From the NCBI RefSeq assembly GCF_018977255.1, contig NW_024704743.1:60762001-60826000 (forward strand): a DNA stretch of 64,000 nucleotides, given 5' to 3'. The DNA comes from Callorhinchus milii (Eukaryota). The first letter of the stretch is position 1. Each line of letters begins with the position of its first letter. Below the pieces are notes generated by a model. That model was given only the letters and a program-made list of their open reading frames with translations, searched no databases and had not been told where the DNA came from. Of this stretch, positions 25,392 to 37,935 are shown in pieces. A program made the translations under genes and the position numbers.

Positions 25392-25585
25392 AACCTGCAC
25401 CTAGTACTTTCTGGAATTAGGTAAGCAGGGATGTGTCCCTCCAGGGAGAGAGTGCACATTCCATTCTAACAATCTATCTCTGGGATTTCCATGTGTAGGT
25501 GGGATGCACGGAAATCTCAGCTTGGTTTGGATACTCTTAAGCATGGGGATGGGTTTCCACATGTGTCAGACACTTTGCTGACCAA
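25392..25585 (+). repeat. Unclassified ~180-bp interspersed repeat, copy 2
   Basis: tactttctggaattaggtaagcagg...tttggatactcttaa shared with copy 1. Confidence 0.9.
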
Positions 25586-26710
25586 GAAAAAACACTTCCG
25601 TTTATCATCTTATTTGAAGGATGGCATTTCTGACAATCCAATAGCTTCCCCAGTCTGGTATTGGAGTCTCAATCTAAACTATGAGCTCAAGTCCCAATAC
25701 GGGGTTTCAACAAACAATTTTGTAACCCAGTGAGGAGATCACAACCAATTGAGCCAAAATGACAATGCTTAGTAAGTACTGGCTAATAACAGTTTTTAAC
25801 AGGGTTAACAGTATTTCATTAGGTAGCATTCACTATGGTCAATCCCCAAACTTTTGAAAGATTAGTCCTGGAAATCAGGAGACTTGATGAGCTTGTTTAT
25901 CTGGTGGGAATACTATTAAGTATGGCAATGAGTTTCATTATGTATCTGACACCCGGCTGGCCAAAAAATATGTTTCTATGACTCTAGCAGCATTAGAATT
26001 TCATGGTACAGTTTTCACTTGCATGCTTAAACAGTTCATTTCGTCAGTAAATAAGAACATAAGAATTAGGAGCAGGAGTACGCCATTCGGCCCCTCGAGC
26101 CTGCCCCGCCATTCGATAAGATCGTGGCTGATCTTCTGACCTAACTCTAATTTCCTGCCCTATTCCCATATCCCCTAATCACTCTATTTTTTAAAAATCT
26201 ATCAGTCTCAGCCTTGAAGATGTTCAAGGACTGAGCATCTACAGCCTTCTGGGGTAATGAATTCCATAAATTCACTACCCTCTGAGTGAAGAAATGTTTC
26301 CTCAACTCTGTTCTAAAAGGCTGACCCTTAATTTTAAGACTGTGACCCCTGGTTATAGATTCTCCTACCAGGGGAAACAGACTCTCAGTGTCTACTTTAT
26401 CCAGCCCTTTAAGAATTTTATATGTTTCAATAAGATCTCCCCTAATTCTTCTGTACTCTAGAGAATATAGCCCTAGTTTATTCAGCCTATCCTGATAAGT
26501 CAGTCCCCTCGACCCAGGAACTAACCGAGTGAATCTATGCTGCACCCCCTCTAAGGCAAGTATGTCCTTTTTTAAATAAGGAGACCAAAACTGCACACAA
26601 TACTCTAGGTGCGGTCTCACCAAGGCCCTATACAGTTGCAGCAACACTTCCCTACTTTTGTACTCTAAACCTTTTGCAATGAACGCTAACATGCCGTTTG
26701 CCTTCTTAGT

Positions 26711-27034
26711 TGGAGTCCTGTAGCTCAGTGGTTAGAGCACTCGCTTTGCAAGCGAGAGACCTGAGTTCAATTCCAGGCAAGGCGAAACCTTGGGCAAGTT
26801 TCCTTACTCCATATGCCTAATAATAATCCCTCCAAAACAAAACAATATTAAATTGGTCATTTTCAATCTACGACTGTTTGTGGGACATTGCTATGCGCAA
26901 TTGGCTGCCGCGTTGGCCCACAAATGTACAGTCAATTCACTTTACAGTGTGTTCTGTGAAGCGCTTTGGGACGTCCTCCTGACGTGAAAAGCGCTATATC
27001 AAATGCAAGGATTATTAATATTATTATTATTATT
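26711..27034 (+). mobile_element. Full-length short-subfamily tRNA(Ala)-derived Deu-SINE with TSD ttagttg
   Basis: Complete head ggagtcctgtagctcagtggttagagcac through to the (ATT)n tail; ttagttg on both sides. Confidence 0.95.
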
Positions 27035-27479
27035 AGTTGCTTGCTGCACCTGCCAACTAATTTTTTGAGACTGGTGTACAAGGACACCCAAATCCCTCTG
27101 AACACTAACACTATCTAATCTCTTCCCCACTAGAAAATTATCTGTTTTTCTATTTTTGCTACCTAGGTGAATAACTTCACACTTCCCCACATTAAATTCC
27201 ATCTGCCACCTACTCGCCCACTCCCCTAGCCTATCTATATCCCGTTGCAATCCTTTTGCATCATCCTCAGAGCTTACTCTCCCACCTGGTTTAGTGTCAT
27301 CCGCGAATTTAGATACGTTACATTCAATGTCGTCTAGATCATTGATGTAAATTGTAAATAGCTGAGGCCCAAGCACTGATCCTTGTGGCACTCCACTAGT
27401 CACATCCTGCCAATTCGAGAATGACCCATTTATCCCTACTCTCTGTTCATTAGCCACTCTTCAATCCATGCTAATAATT

Positions 27480-27592
27480 GCTTCGCCCACAAATATACAG
27501 TCAATTCACTTTATAGCATATTCTGTGAAGCGCTTTGAGACATCGAGAAGATGTGAAAAGCGCTATATCAAATGCAAGGATTATTATTATTA
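27480..27592 (+). mobile_element. 5'-truncated SINE tail inserted in the CR1
   Basis: cgcccacaaatatacag...aaatgcaaggattatt, flanked by taata. Confidence 0.9.
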
Positions 27593-29419
27593 TATAATAT
27601 GTTCCGATTAATCCTGTGGGCCCTAACCTTGTACAATAGCCTTTTGTGTGGCACTTTGTCAAATGCCTTTTTAAAATCTAAATATACTACATCTACTGGT
27701 TCCCTCCTATCTAACCTGCTAGTTACATCTCCAAAAAAAAGATTAGTTAAGCATGACTTCCCTTTTGTAAGGCCATGTTGACTCTGCCTAATTTTGTTAT
27801 GGTCTTCCAGGAATCCCATAACGACATCTTTAATTAAGGACTCAAGAAGTTTCCCTACCACTGATGTCAGACCAAGTGGTCTATAGATCCCCATCTTTTC
27901 TCTCCCACTCTTCTTAAATAGTGGTGTTACGTTTGCAATCTTCCAATCAATGGGAACCATTCCAGAATCCAGAGAATTCTGGAAGATCAAAGACAAACCA
28001 TCCATTATCTCAGTAGCCATCTCTTTTAAAACCTTAGGATGTAGGCCATCAGGTCCAGGAGATTTAACAGTTTGAAGACCTGATAATTTACCTAAAACCA
28101 TTTCTTTACTAACTTTAATTCCTCCAAGTTGCTCACTAACATTTTCTTCTTGGTTCCCCTCTATTCTTGGTAGGTTTTCAGTGTCTTCTAAGGTGAAGAC
28201 AGTAGCAAAGTACATGTTTAATGACTCTGCCATGTCTTTGTCCCCTACTATAATTCCCCCCGTCTCTGCCTGTAATAACGGACACACATTTACCTTTGAC
28301 AGCCTCTTCCTCTTTATATATTTGTAAATATTAATATGTTTGTCAGTTTGCCCTAAGTATAGATAATTCTTGAGACAATAGTAAGCCTGACATTCCTGTG
28401 AAATTATATGAAGTTATACAATTTGAGAAACTGTGCAGTAACTACTTTCTTCAGCATATATTCCAAAGCAATCCTGATTACAATTTAGCTTCAATAGAAG
28501 GGCTATATTTCTCCCAAGTCTACCCTCCACACACATTTCAGATCTTTCCCTTTCCTTATGTCAAAATGCAGGCTTAAGTGCCGGGTTTCTGAGACTTCTG
28601 GTATCCATCCTTCTACACCTTTAAACCTGCCCAGCTCTCCTTGATTTAATGAAATTCCAATCCCATGTGTTCAGCTTTCCCTGCACAGCTTTCAGTTGTG
28701 AGACTTCAAGTAGAACGCAGGTCATAAAAGAGGTTCAGATGAAAAACGAGCATTTGCCCATTTGACCTAATCCTTCCTAAACACTGACCCTACCATCCTG
28801 CCATTGCAGCATTCTCCTGGTGTCAACCACTCTTCCTCATAAACAATAACAACATATTGCATTTATGTAATAATAATCCTTGCATTTGCTATAATGCCTT
28901 ATCACGTGGTTGAGATGTTTGAAAGTGCTTCACAGAATATATCGTAATTGACTGTATTTTGTTGGTGAAACGCGGCAGCCAATTGTCCACAGCAGTGTCC
29001 CACAAACAGTCGTGGATTGAGTGACCAATCCTTTCATCAGGAATAATTGTATTATATTATATAGTGCCTTTCATCTCAGGAAACCCAGTCCATCAATTAA
29101 TTACCATCTTGAAAAATAAATACTTTCTGATGTATTTCTTGAAATTACCCTTTACAACTCTAAACTTGTGTTTCATGTCCTGCTGCTCTGGCATTAACTT
29201 CAATCTTGTGACTGTTGGTGCTGCACATGGGATTATTTGGAGAAAACACCATGTCATGGATGCTTTTCCAGTGGCTTTGAAGGGTTGAAGCTGTAGAAAT
29301 GATGCTGATACAGCATAACACATGGAGCAAAATACATCTCAATGTCATTTTAAGGTAAACATAATTGCCGAAGTGTCCTGATTTTAAAACTTCTGCTTAG
29401 ATGCCTTCCGATAAAGGTT

Positions 29420-29740
29420 TTTAAAATAATGAGGGTTTTTTATTGAGTCGATGGGGAGAATTATTTTCACTGGTCGGTGAGTCAGTGACTAGAGGGCATC
29501 AATTTAAGACAGTTAGCAAATGAGAAACTGGGAAATGAGGAGACTTTTTCAGATATGGAATGCTCCACCAAGTGCGGTGATTGAGGCAGAATCCATATTA
29601 ACTTTCAAAAGGGAACTAGATATATATCAGAAGAGCAGTAAACTACAGGGATATGGGGAAAGTGCAGGTAAATGGGACTGAAAGCATTGCTCTTAAAAGA
29701 GACAGTATAGACACAATGGGCCAAATGGCCTCTTTCTGAA
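29420..29740 (+). mobile_element. Old CR1 3' fragment
   Basis: actagagggcatcaatttaag...gacacaatgggccaaatggcc. Confidence 0.75.
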
Positions 29741-29939
29741 GTTATATGTTAGCTTTAGTCTGGAAGATAATAATCAGTTGCCCAGAAAAATATAAATCAC
29801 TCCACTTTACAGGATATCCTGTGAAGAGCTTTGAGACATCCTAATGATGTGAACTGTGCTATATTAAATGTAAAAATTACAATAATCAGTAACATGGCGC
29901 CCAGAAGATCACAGTGTTTGAATATCTCTGGTATTCCAG

Positions 29940-30362
29940 GGTGTCAGCCTGCTTCAGTTGGTAGCACTTTCGTCTCTGAGTCAGAAGATTGTGGATACTA
30001 CAGCAGAGCCTATTTTGACACTCCAAAGTATTACTGGGACGTGCTGCTTTGTCAGAGATACCATCCTTCGTATGAGATGTTAACCCGAGGCCTTGTATGC
30101 CTGTTCAGGATATTAAACATCCCATGGCACTGATTTAAAAGAAAAGGGAGTTCCTCCCTGAGTCATGGGCAATAATCCCCCAAATAAAATTGATCAATCA
30201 CTCCATGGCTGTTTGTGCTGTGCGCAAATTAGCTGCTGCGTTTGCTCACAAAATGCACACAGTCATTTCACTTTACTGTATATCCTGTGAAGGGCTTTGA
30301 GATGTCTTCATGACGTGATAAGCAGCAATATTAAATGTAAGGGATTATTATTATTTATTATT
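29940..30362 (+). mobile_element. Old SacSINE1-like Deu-SINE, near full length
   Basis: tcagttggtagcac...ctgagtcagaag head, Deu core and ATT tail. Confidence 0.8.
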
Positions 30363-30660
30363 AGTATTCCAATTCCTCCAACACCAGCAAATCTGCAAAC
30401 GAAAAGCATGGCTGGACAGCAGAGGCTTCCATCAACCACTAGATGTCAGGGTGGAGTGAATCTTTGTTGGTTTAACAATTTGTGAAACAAAAATGATTTT
30501 GATAACAGGATTTTTTTGACACTTACAATTTGAAGATTACAGTTTTCTTTCTTAGTGTTGCAATCATGGTACACAGTCTGAAACATTTAAAGGAACCTGC
30601 CAGTTGAAGGCTAAATATATTGTCTTTATAACTAAAATTGCTTGTTACAATAATCTGGAA

Positions 30661-30975
30661 CCATAAATATCATAGCACAGAAGAAGGCCATTCAGCCCAT
30701 CAGGTCTGTGCTGTCTCTTTGAAAGAGCGATCCATTCAGTCCCATGTACCTGCCTTTTCTTCAAACCCTTGTAATTTTTTCCTCTTTAGATAACTGTCCA
30801 GTTCCCTCTTAAAAGCTAACATTGATCCTGCTTCAACCTTCATATACAGCAAGACATTCCACATCCCAACAAATCTCTGTGCAAAATTTTTTTCCTAATC
30901 TGCCTCTTTGCTCCCTTGTTAATTATCCTAAATTGATGACTGACTCACTGACCAGCAGAAATAATTTCCCTCTAT
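30661..30975 (-). mobile_element. Old CR1 3' fragment
   Basis: gcacagaagaaggccattcagccc 3' UTR signature. Confidence 0.75.
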
Positions 30976-31939
30976 GGAGTATGGACTCTATTAAAACCTT
31001 AACAGGTTTCCCCTAATAACCGCAATCAGATATAATAGGAATTACACAATACAAGACAAAATCACATTTGTATAGCGCCTTTCAAGTCAGGAGGACCTCC
31101 CAAGGCATTGGATTCACAACTCAGATTCCTTAACCATTATGCTAGATGGTAGAATCAACAAGTAACTTGAAAATATAGGATATCTGAGTCATTAAAAAGC
31201 AATAATCATTCAAAGGGTTACATGACACCATAACCTGAGAGAGTGAAGTTACACATTTAGTTAGAATTTTTATTTAAACCCAAAGAACAACGACGTCTGA
31301 ATTTGATGCACCAGAGGATTTTTCTTATAGAATATACTCTCAGATTTATACTTTGTTTTTCTCCTATTATTCTCTCCCCCATCTCTCTTGAAGGTGTCTA
31401 AGTGCTCCGAGATGCTACCCCTGTTGAAGGGTACTATATAAATACAAATTAATGTTGTTCTGTAACTCTTTTCTCCTTCTACTGTTTCTTCCATGTGTAG
31501 GGGGAGGCGGTTGGAAGTGCAGTAAAAAGATGACGGGTTTTGAAAGTGAAGATGTACATTTATGATCAAAGCCTGTTGTCATTGACTATTGTCAGTTCAG
31601 TACATCAATCAGATTTGATATACCAGCGACTTCGCATTGAAGATAATTAATGGAATTCTCCCTCCCCTCTTCTCCCCTTCCCTGACACTCCCAAGGGTGC
31701 AACAGGATATATTCCCATCTCATCCATATGCTTTGTATAATACTGAAGGTTTTAACTTAGATTCATTTGCCAGGTGAATAAGTACATTGGAGTAAAAATG
31801 ATTTCCAGGTTAGTTGTTAGTTCCAAAGGAAGAATTTTCCAAAAATCCTTATCCTTGCACAATTTGTTTTAAAAGCTATCTGTGCACTTAGAAAGATTCA
31901 GTTCAATCATACTCACTTACACAAACAGAACACAGGTGA

Positions 31940-32770
31940 TACAACAACAACAACAAGATTTCATTTATAGAGCGCCTTTCACGTCAGAAGGACGTCCCAA
32001 GGCGCTGGACAGTTGGGTCAGGACCCGAGCAGGGGGGACATGGTAAGGGTGAGGGGAGGGAAGGGAGGGAGCGAGGAGGGGGTAGAGAGTTGAGAGGGGA
32101 GCTGAAGGCACGGTCAAAGAGAAAGGTCTTGAGACCGGCCTTGAAGGAGGAAAGGGAGGAAGCGGCGAAGGCACTGGGGGGTGGAGTTCCAGAGCCTCGG
32201 GGCTGAGAGGCTGAAGGCCCGGTCACCGATGGTAGAGCGGTTGGGGCGGGGGATGTGGAGCAGACCGGAGCCAGAGGAACGGAGGGTACGGGCAGGTAGG
32301 TAGGGGGATAGTAGGTCGGAGAGGTAGGAGAGAGCGAGGCTGTGAATGGCCTTGTAGGTGAGGATGAGGATCTTGAATTCGATCCTCTGGGGGATGGGAA
32401 GCCAGTGGAGGGGAGCGAGGGTGGGAATGATGTGGTCCCGAAGCCTGGTGCGGGACAGTACATGAGCTGCAGAGTTCTGAATGACCTGCAGCTTGTGGAG
32501 GGCGGTGCCGGGAAGGCCGGCGAGGAGAGAGTTCCCATAGTCCAGCCTTGAGGTGACAAAGGCGTGGACCAGAGTTTCAGCAGCGTGAGGGGTGAGGTAG
32601 TGCCGTAGTCTGGCGATGTTTCGGAGGTGATGGAAGGTGGTGCCAGTTGTGGCGCGGATATGAGGAAGAAAGGACAGCTCAGGGTCGAACAGAACGCCGA
32701 GGTTCCTGACTGGCTTTGAGAGGTGGAGAGTGCAGCCTTGGATGCTGATGCTGATGATACACAGCTCCAG
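31940..32770 (-). mobile_element. L2 LINE 3' portion, well preserved
   Basis: VRNLGVLFD, LVHAFVTSRLDYGNSLL, LHWLPI and APRLWNS motifs; stem-loop and (TTG)n tail. Confidence 0.95.
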
Positions 32771-32874
32771 CCCATTTATGGGAAAACTTTTGCTGATGGT
32801 ACCGATGAAATCCACAAGGCAGTGTATCAAAAATAATTTCCAAAAGCCAAGATGTGGAATGAACGTTTGATTTC

Positions 32875-33846
32875 ATAGAATTATAAAATTATACAGTACA
32901 GAAGGAGGCCATTCGGCCCATCTTGTCTGTGCTGGCTCTTTGAAAAGTACTACCCAAATCAATCCCACTCCCCCGCTCTCTCCCCACAGTCCTGCAAACT
33001 TGTCCTCCCCAAGTAATTATCTACTTCTCTCTTAAAAGTTGTAATCGAATCGGCTTCCACCACCCTTTCAGGCAATGCATTCCAGATCTGAACAACTCGC
33101 TGTGTGAAAAGATTTCTCCTCACCTTCCCGCTGCTTCTTTTAACAACTATTTTAAATCGGTGTCTTTGGGTTACCGACCCACCTGACAGTGAAAATAATT
33201 TCTCCTTGTTCACCCTATCGAATCTCCTCATAATTTTGAAAACTTCTATTAAGTCTCCTCTTAACCTCCTCTGCTCCAAGGAGAATAATCCTAGCGTCTC
33301 TAGCCTCTCCTCATAACTGAAGGCCTCATTCCTGGTACCATCTTGGTAAATCTCCTGTGCACTATCCAATGCCTTGACATCCTTCCGAAAGTGTGGTGCC
33401 CAGAACTGAACACAGTACTCTCGCTGAGGCCTAACCAGTGCTTTAAAAAGATTCACCATAACTTCCTGACTTTTGTATTCTATGCCCCTATTTATAAAGC
33501 CTGGTATCTCATATGCTTTTTAGCAGCTTTACCTACCTGTCCTGCCACGTTCAAAGATTTACTTATGTGAACCCCCAGGTCTCTCTGCTCCTTCACCCCC
33601 TTTAAGATTGTACCATCAGCTTATATTGCCTCTCCTCAATCTTCCTCACAAAATGCATCACTTTGCATTTTTCCACATTAAACTTCACTTGCCACATGTC
33701 TACCCATTTTACTAGTCTGTCTATGTCCATTTGCAGTCTGCTTCTATCCTCCTCAATGTTTACTACTTTTCTTAGCTTAGTATCATCTGCAAACTTGGAA
33801 ATTGTAACTCCCTATATCCAAGTCCAGGTCATCTATATTGATCAAA
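32875..33846 (-). mobile_element. CR1 LINE 3' portion (same family as 1335-2645)
   Basis: YCVQFWAPHFRKDV, RLRGDLIEVFKIM and FTQRVVQIWNALPERVVEA motifs. Confidence 0.95.
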
Positions 33847-34386
33847 AACTTGATTTCATCAAGCACACAGCAGCAGTGTATTCTGCTTGCACTTTCAGAG
33901 CTTGTTCCTATTTATTTTGTGTGAGTAACTGGCACACACACTGAAATAAAAGGTTGCAATGAAAACTGGACATTCACTGTTTGAAACATTTACTGGGCCG
34001 GGTTTGCTGGACTCTGAATATCCAAAATTCAGACCTAGCCGGACTGGGCCCAAAGCCAATTTTTTTTTTAGAAAAATTTCCACAAGCCCATGCGTATTTA
34101 GACTCCTGCCGTCCCACCTCTCAAAGCCTGAGAAGCCATCTCACTGTCCTTGCTGTCCGTTATAGTGGTCAGGGATATCGACTTTGACTCAGATTGTTTG
34201 AATCCTGCAGGAAGAAGATAGCTTATTCTCTATCTTCAGACAATTACAATGCCAGTACCGACCGCCATTGTAATTAAACTTAGCCAAAAATTCTGGTTTG
34301 ACCAACTGGTCTCCCCTACGTTAATCCTACACATCACACAGTTGCTCTTCATGTGAAATATAATGGGTACATGCACATGCAGCTAA

Positions 34387-34610
34387 GGAGAAATTTCACT
34401 TGGTTCAGCTTTTCTCTTTTTTTCTTAGAGCATGCAGAATTGAGCAAATTATTGAATTCAGTCTTAACTTTGAAATTGATTCTCTGTGGTTCTTAACATA
34501 TGTTACAAAAAGGTTTTGAATTAAGACTGTATTTAAAAATTCGCCAAATTCTGGATGTTCTGAAGTACTAAGAAAATTCAGCAAATCTAAAGCAAAGGTG
34601 TAATTTCTAT
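34387..34610. mobile_element. Palindromic MITE-like element copy
   Basis: ggagaaatttcac...gaattcagtcttaactttgaa...ccaaattctgga...aatttcta. Confidence 0.75.
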
Positions 34611-35211
34611 ACTGCATTTGTACTATTAACATCTGATCAGCAAAAACAACTTGAATTTTTATCGTGCCCTTCAAAAGTTACCAGCCAAACTGAACAGATC
34701 AACATATACATCACCTATGCATGAACATTTTCCTGAGTTGGAATACGCTGTCTATTCACTCCCTGCAGGGACGGACCCTGCTTTAAGCACTCTGAAATGC
34801 TTTCCTATGTGAAGGGCACTGTATGAAGCTGTTGTTGTTGTTACTTTCCTAATTCCAAGGAGTATTAGGCACAGGTTGGCAAGAATCAAGGCATAGGGGC
34901 TACAGAGTATGCTGCTGTTACTGCTGGAGTTTAAGCAATTAAACCTGAATTGCTTGACACTGCAAACATTGTCTGGCTGGCTTCCTATTACTTGTCCAGC
35001 TTAGACTATCCTACTCATTGGCAATAGTAAGGTTGTAAGTTTGATAGGAACCGAGGCAGAAGAATCTTTGCCCTCCCACAACCGGTCTACCAATCAATCT
35101 AAGTCCTGACAATGAGCCAGGTTGGCTGGTCTGTCATCAGCAGTGCTCTGAAACTAATGGTGAAGCAGTTGCTCAGCTACCTAGCCGACACACATTCTTA
35201 TGTTCTTATAT

Positions 35212-35572
35212 GGGGTCCTGTAGCTTAGTGGTTAGAGCACCTCACAAGTGGGAGGACATGGGTTGGATTCCTGGCAGGGCGAAATGTTACACAAGTTTCC
35301 TTGCACATGCTTCTGTTTACCTATCAGTAAGTAGGAACCCAGTTGTTAGTTGATTAGCGGATCGCTTTTCCAGCAGTAATAATCCCTTCAAAAAAAATAA
35401 TAATAATTTGGTCACTCAATCCATAAATGTTTGTGGGGCATTGCTGTGTGCAATTGGCTGCCGCATTTCACCCACAAAATATACAGTCAATTCACTTAAA
35501 AGTATATGTGAAGTGCTTTGACATGTCTCAAAGATATGATGAGGCACTATATCAAGTGCAAGGATTATTATT
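35212..35572 (+). mobile_element. tRNA-derived Deu-SINE, long subfamily
   Basis: Same head and tail as the short subfamily plus a ~65-nt internal segment (35311-35376). Confidence 0.88.
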
Positions 35573-36169
35573 ATATATTGTGCAAAAGGAAAAGGGTTAA
35601 TTATAAATCTTGAACACAATTTTTCACTTCTGCTGAGGCCAAATATTCAGCTATTAATATGCGTTTGTCCTTTGGTACTCAATGTAAAACCACTTTGCTA
35701 TGCTTCCTCTCTTCGTGCCTTCAAGTTCTTCCTAACAACAAATCACTTTGACTGCATCTTTGGTCAATATTTTTAAATCTCTTATTTCCCTGGTGTCCAA
35801 CTTTTTATTTGTGAAGTGTTTTGAGATGTTCACTTACCTGAAAGATATTATATGATTTCAATTTGGTGGTTGTGTATAAAGAAAGACCTGGCATTTTATA
35901 GATAAACTGATCATTCACATCTTGACTGTTTATGAGACTGGGCGCAAATTTGTTGCTTTGTTTACCTACAAGTAATAATTGTGGTTCTTTTGATATAGCA
36001 TCTTTCAGATCAGGAGGACATCTCAAAGTACTTCACAGGATATATTGTAAATAGTAGTATATGTTATATTTTGTACATAAATATGGCAGACAATTTGTGT
36101 ACAGTAATGTTCCATAAACAGCCATGAAATAAATGAGCAATTTCTTCTTGGCCAGGATAACAGGAGGAT

Positions 36170-36580
36170 GCCTCAAAGCACTTCACATGATATAATGTAA
36201 GGTATAGTGACTGTTTTTTGCATGTGGGCGAAACTGGCAGCCAATTTGCATGTAGCAATGTCTCACAAACAGCCATGAAGTGAATGACCCATTTTATTTG
36301 GAGGATTGTTAGCAAAGACACTGGGAGAAATTTCCTTCTCTTCAAAGCATTTTTTTCAAGTAGCACCATGGGATCTTTAACATCTTGAACAGGCAGATGG
36401 AACCTCAGTTTAATGTTGATATATTTCATCCATTGGACAGTATCTCCAACAATGAAGCACACTCCCAGCACTGCATTGGCGTTTCTGTCAACTTAGACTG
36501 TATGAGTTCCAAGTCTGATGTGGGGCTTAAACCCACAACCTTCTGACTCAAAGGCGAGAGTGCTACCAAGTGATCCAGGC
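36170..36580 (-). mobile_element. Old SacSINE1-like Deu-SINE
   Basis: Reverse complement of ggtagcactctcgcctttgagtcagaaggttgtggg head and Deu core. Confidence 0.8.
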
Positions 36581-37227
36581 AGACACATTGAGTATTCCCC
36601 TTGGTGAAAAAGCAAGGTTTTCTGTGATCTTCACTGGATTGATTTGCCAAAGGAATGATTGAGTTTGGTGAATAATGGTGCATGGATTTTGAGGTGGGTT
36701 GTGTTTCTATTTAGGAGTTTGCACCATAGTTTGAATTCAAGTTCAGCATTTGTTGACAAAGTAATTCTGGGTTTCTGATTGATGCTTATGTGCTTTGAGA
36801 TAAACTTTAGGTATTAAAGGACTGAATCGTGCCAACGAATCTCACTGTGGAAAAATATAGCACTTAAATAATAGCCACCATTGCTCTGTGGGAAATTTTT
36901 TTGTGGCACTTCATGTGGTGGTCCATGCACTTGATGTGTTCACAAGTAAAAATAAGCTTTTCTTGCACAGAATATGCTGAGGCACTTATACATGATTTTG
37001 TACATTTTGGATCGAGTTGTCGTTTTGTAACAGCTGGCATATGGCAGTTACGAAAAGAACATGATGGCATTCATAACAGATTAGTCAGCTGAAGCATCTG
37101 TGGAAAGAGTATAAAAATATGTGCACCATATGTGAAGACCTTCCGAAAATGAATAAAAGCAAAAGAACATTAAGGGCTGTTGAAACTGACTCAGTTTTGC
37201 CTTTTTAACATGTAGCCTTAATTACCA

Positions 37228-37582
37228 TAATAACATTACATTTGATAGAGCACCTTGTCACTTCTTTGAGACATCTCAAAGCGCTTAACAGAATATACTG
37301 TAAAGTGAATTGACTGTATATTTTGTGGGCGAAACGAGACAGCCAATTGCACACAGCAGTGTCCCATAAACAGTTATGGATTGAGTGACCAAATTATTAT
37401 TTTTTTTAAGGAATGATTACCCCGGAAAAGCGATCTGCTAATCGACTAATAACCGGTTCCTAATTACTGCTGGTTAAATAGGGGCGTGTGAAGTAAGGAA
37501 ACTTGCCCAACGTTTTGCCCTGCTGGGAATCGAACACAGGTCCCTTGCTTGCGAGGCGGGTTCTCTAATCCCTGAGCTACAG
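37228..37582 (-). mobile_element. tRNA-derived Deu-SINE, long subfamily
   Basis: Reverse complement of tgtagctcagggattagag...ttcgattccc, internal segment, Deu core and tail. Confidence 0.88.
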
Positions 37583-37595
37583 AACAATTTTAGAT

Positions 37596-37935
37596 ACAAC
37601 AACAACACGATTACATTTGTATAGCGCCTTTCACGTCGGGAGGATGTCTCACGGCACTGGATAGTGTACAGCATTTCAGACCCAAGCTGGGGTCAGGGGG
37701 GGGAGAAGGGAGGGGAGGGGAAGGGGGGTGGCCGATGGCGTGGTCGAAGAGGAGGGTTTTGAGGCGGGATTTGAAGGAGGCTAAGGAGGGAGCGAGGCGG
37801 AGTGATTGTGGGATGGAATTCCAGAGGTTGTGGCAGGGTGGCTGAAGGCTCTCCCGGCAATGATGGGGCGGGTGGGTCGGGGGACGTGCAGCAGGCCAGT
37901 GCCGGCTGAGCGGAGGGAGTGGGCGGATTAGTAAG
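37596..37935 (-). mobile_element. L2 LINE 3' fragment
   Basis: caacaacaac tail, stem-loop and purine-rich antisense L2 coding end. Confidence 0.85.

Larger units (their letters stand above)
26053..28325 (-). mobile_element. CR1 LINE (second family, TTCTTATG tail), ORF2 RT region interrupted by two SINEs
   Basis: KSPGPDGLHP, WKIANVTPLFKK, YLDFKKAFDKVPH, GVPQGSVLGPQLF, KFADDTK and RPHLEYCVQFWSPY across ORFs 27568-28287, 26999-27457 and 26147-26692. Confidence 0.97.

Noticed and set aside
26711..26790. tRNA-Ala(TGC)-like gene (also at 4596, 35212, 46357 and 49040-49117)
   Set aside because: A and B boxes are present, but the sequence runs straight into a SINE body and tail with no proper acceptor stem; these are SINE heads.
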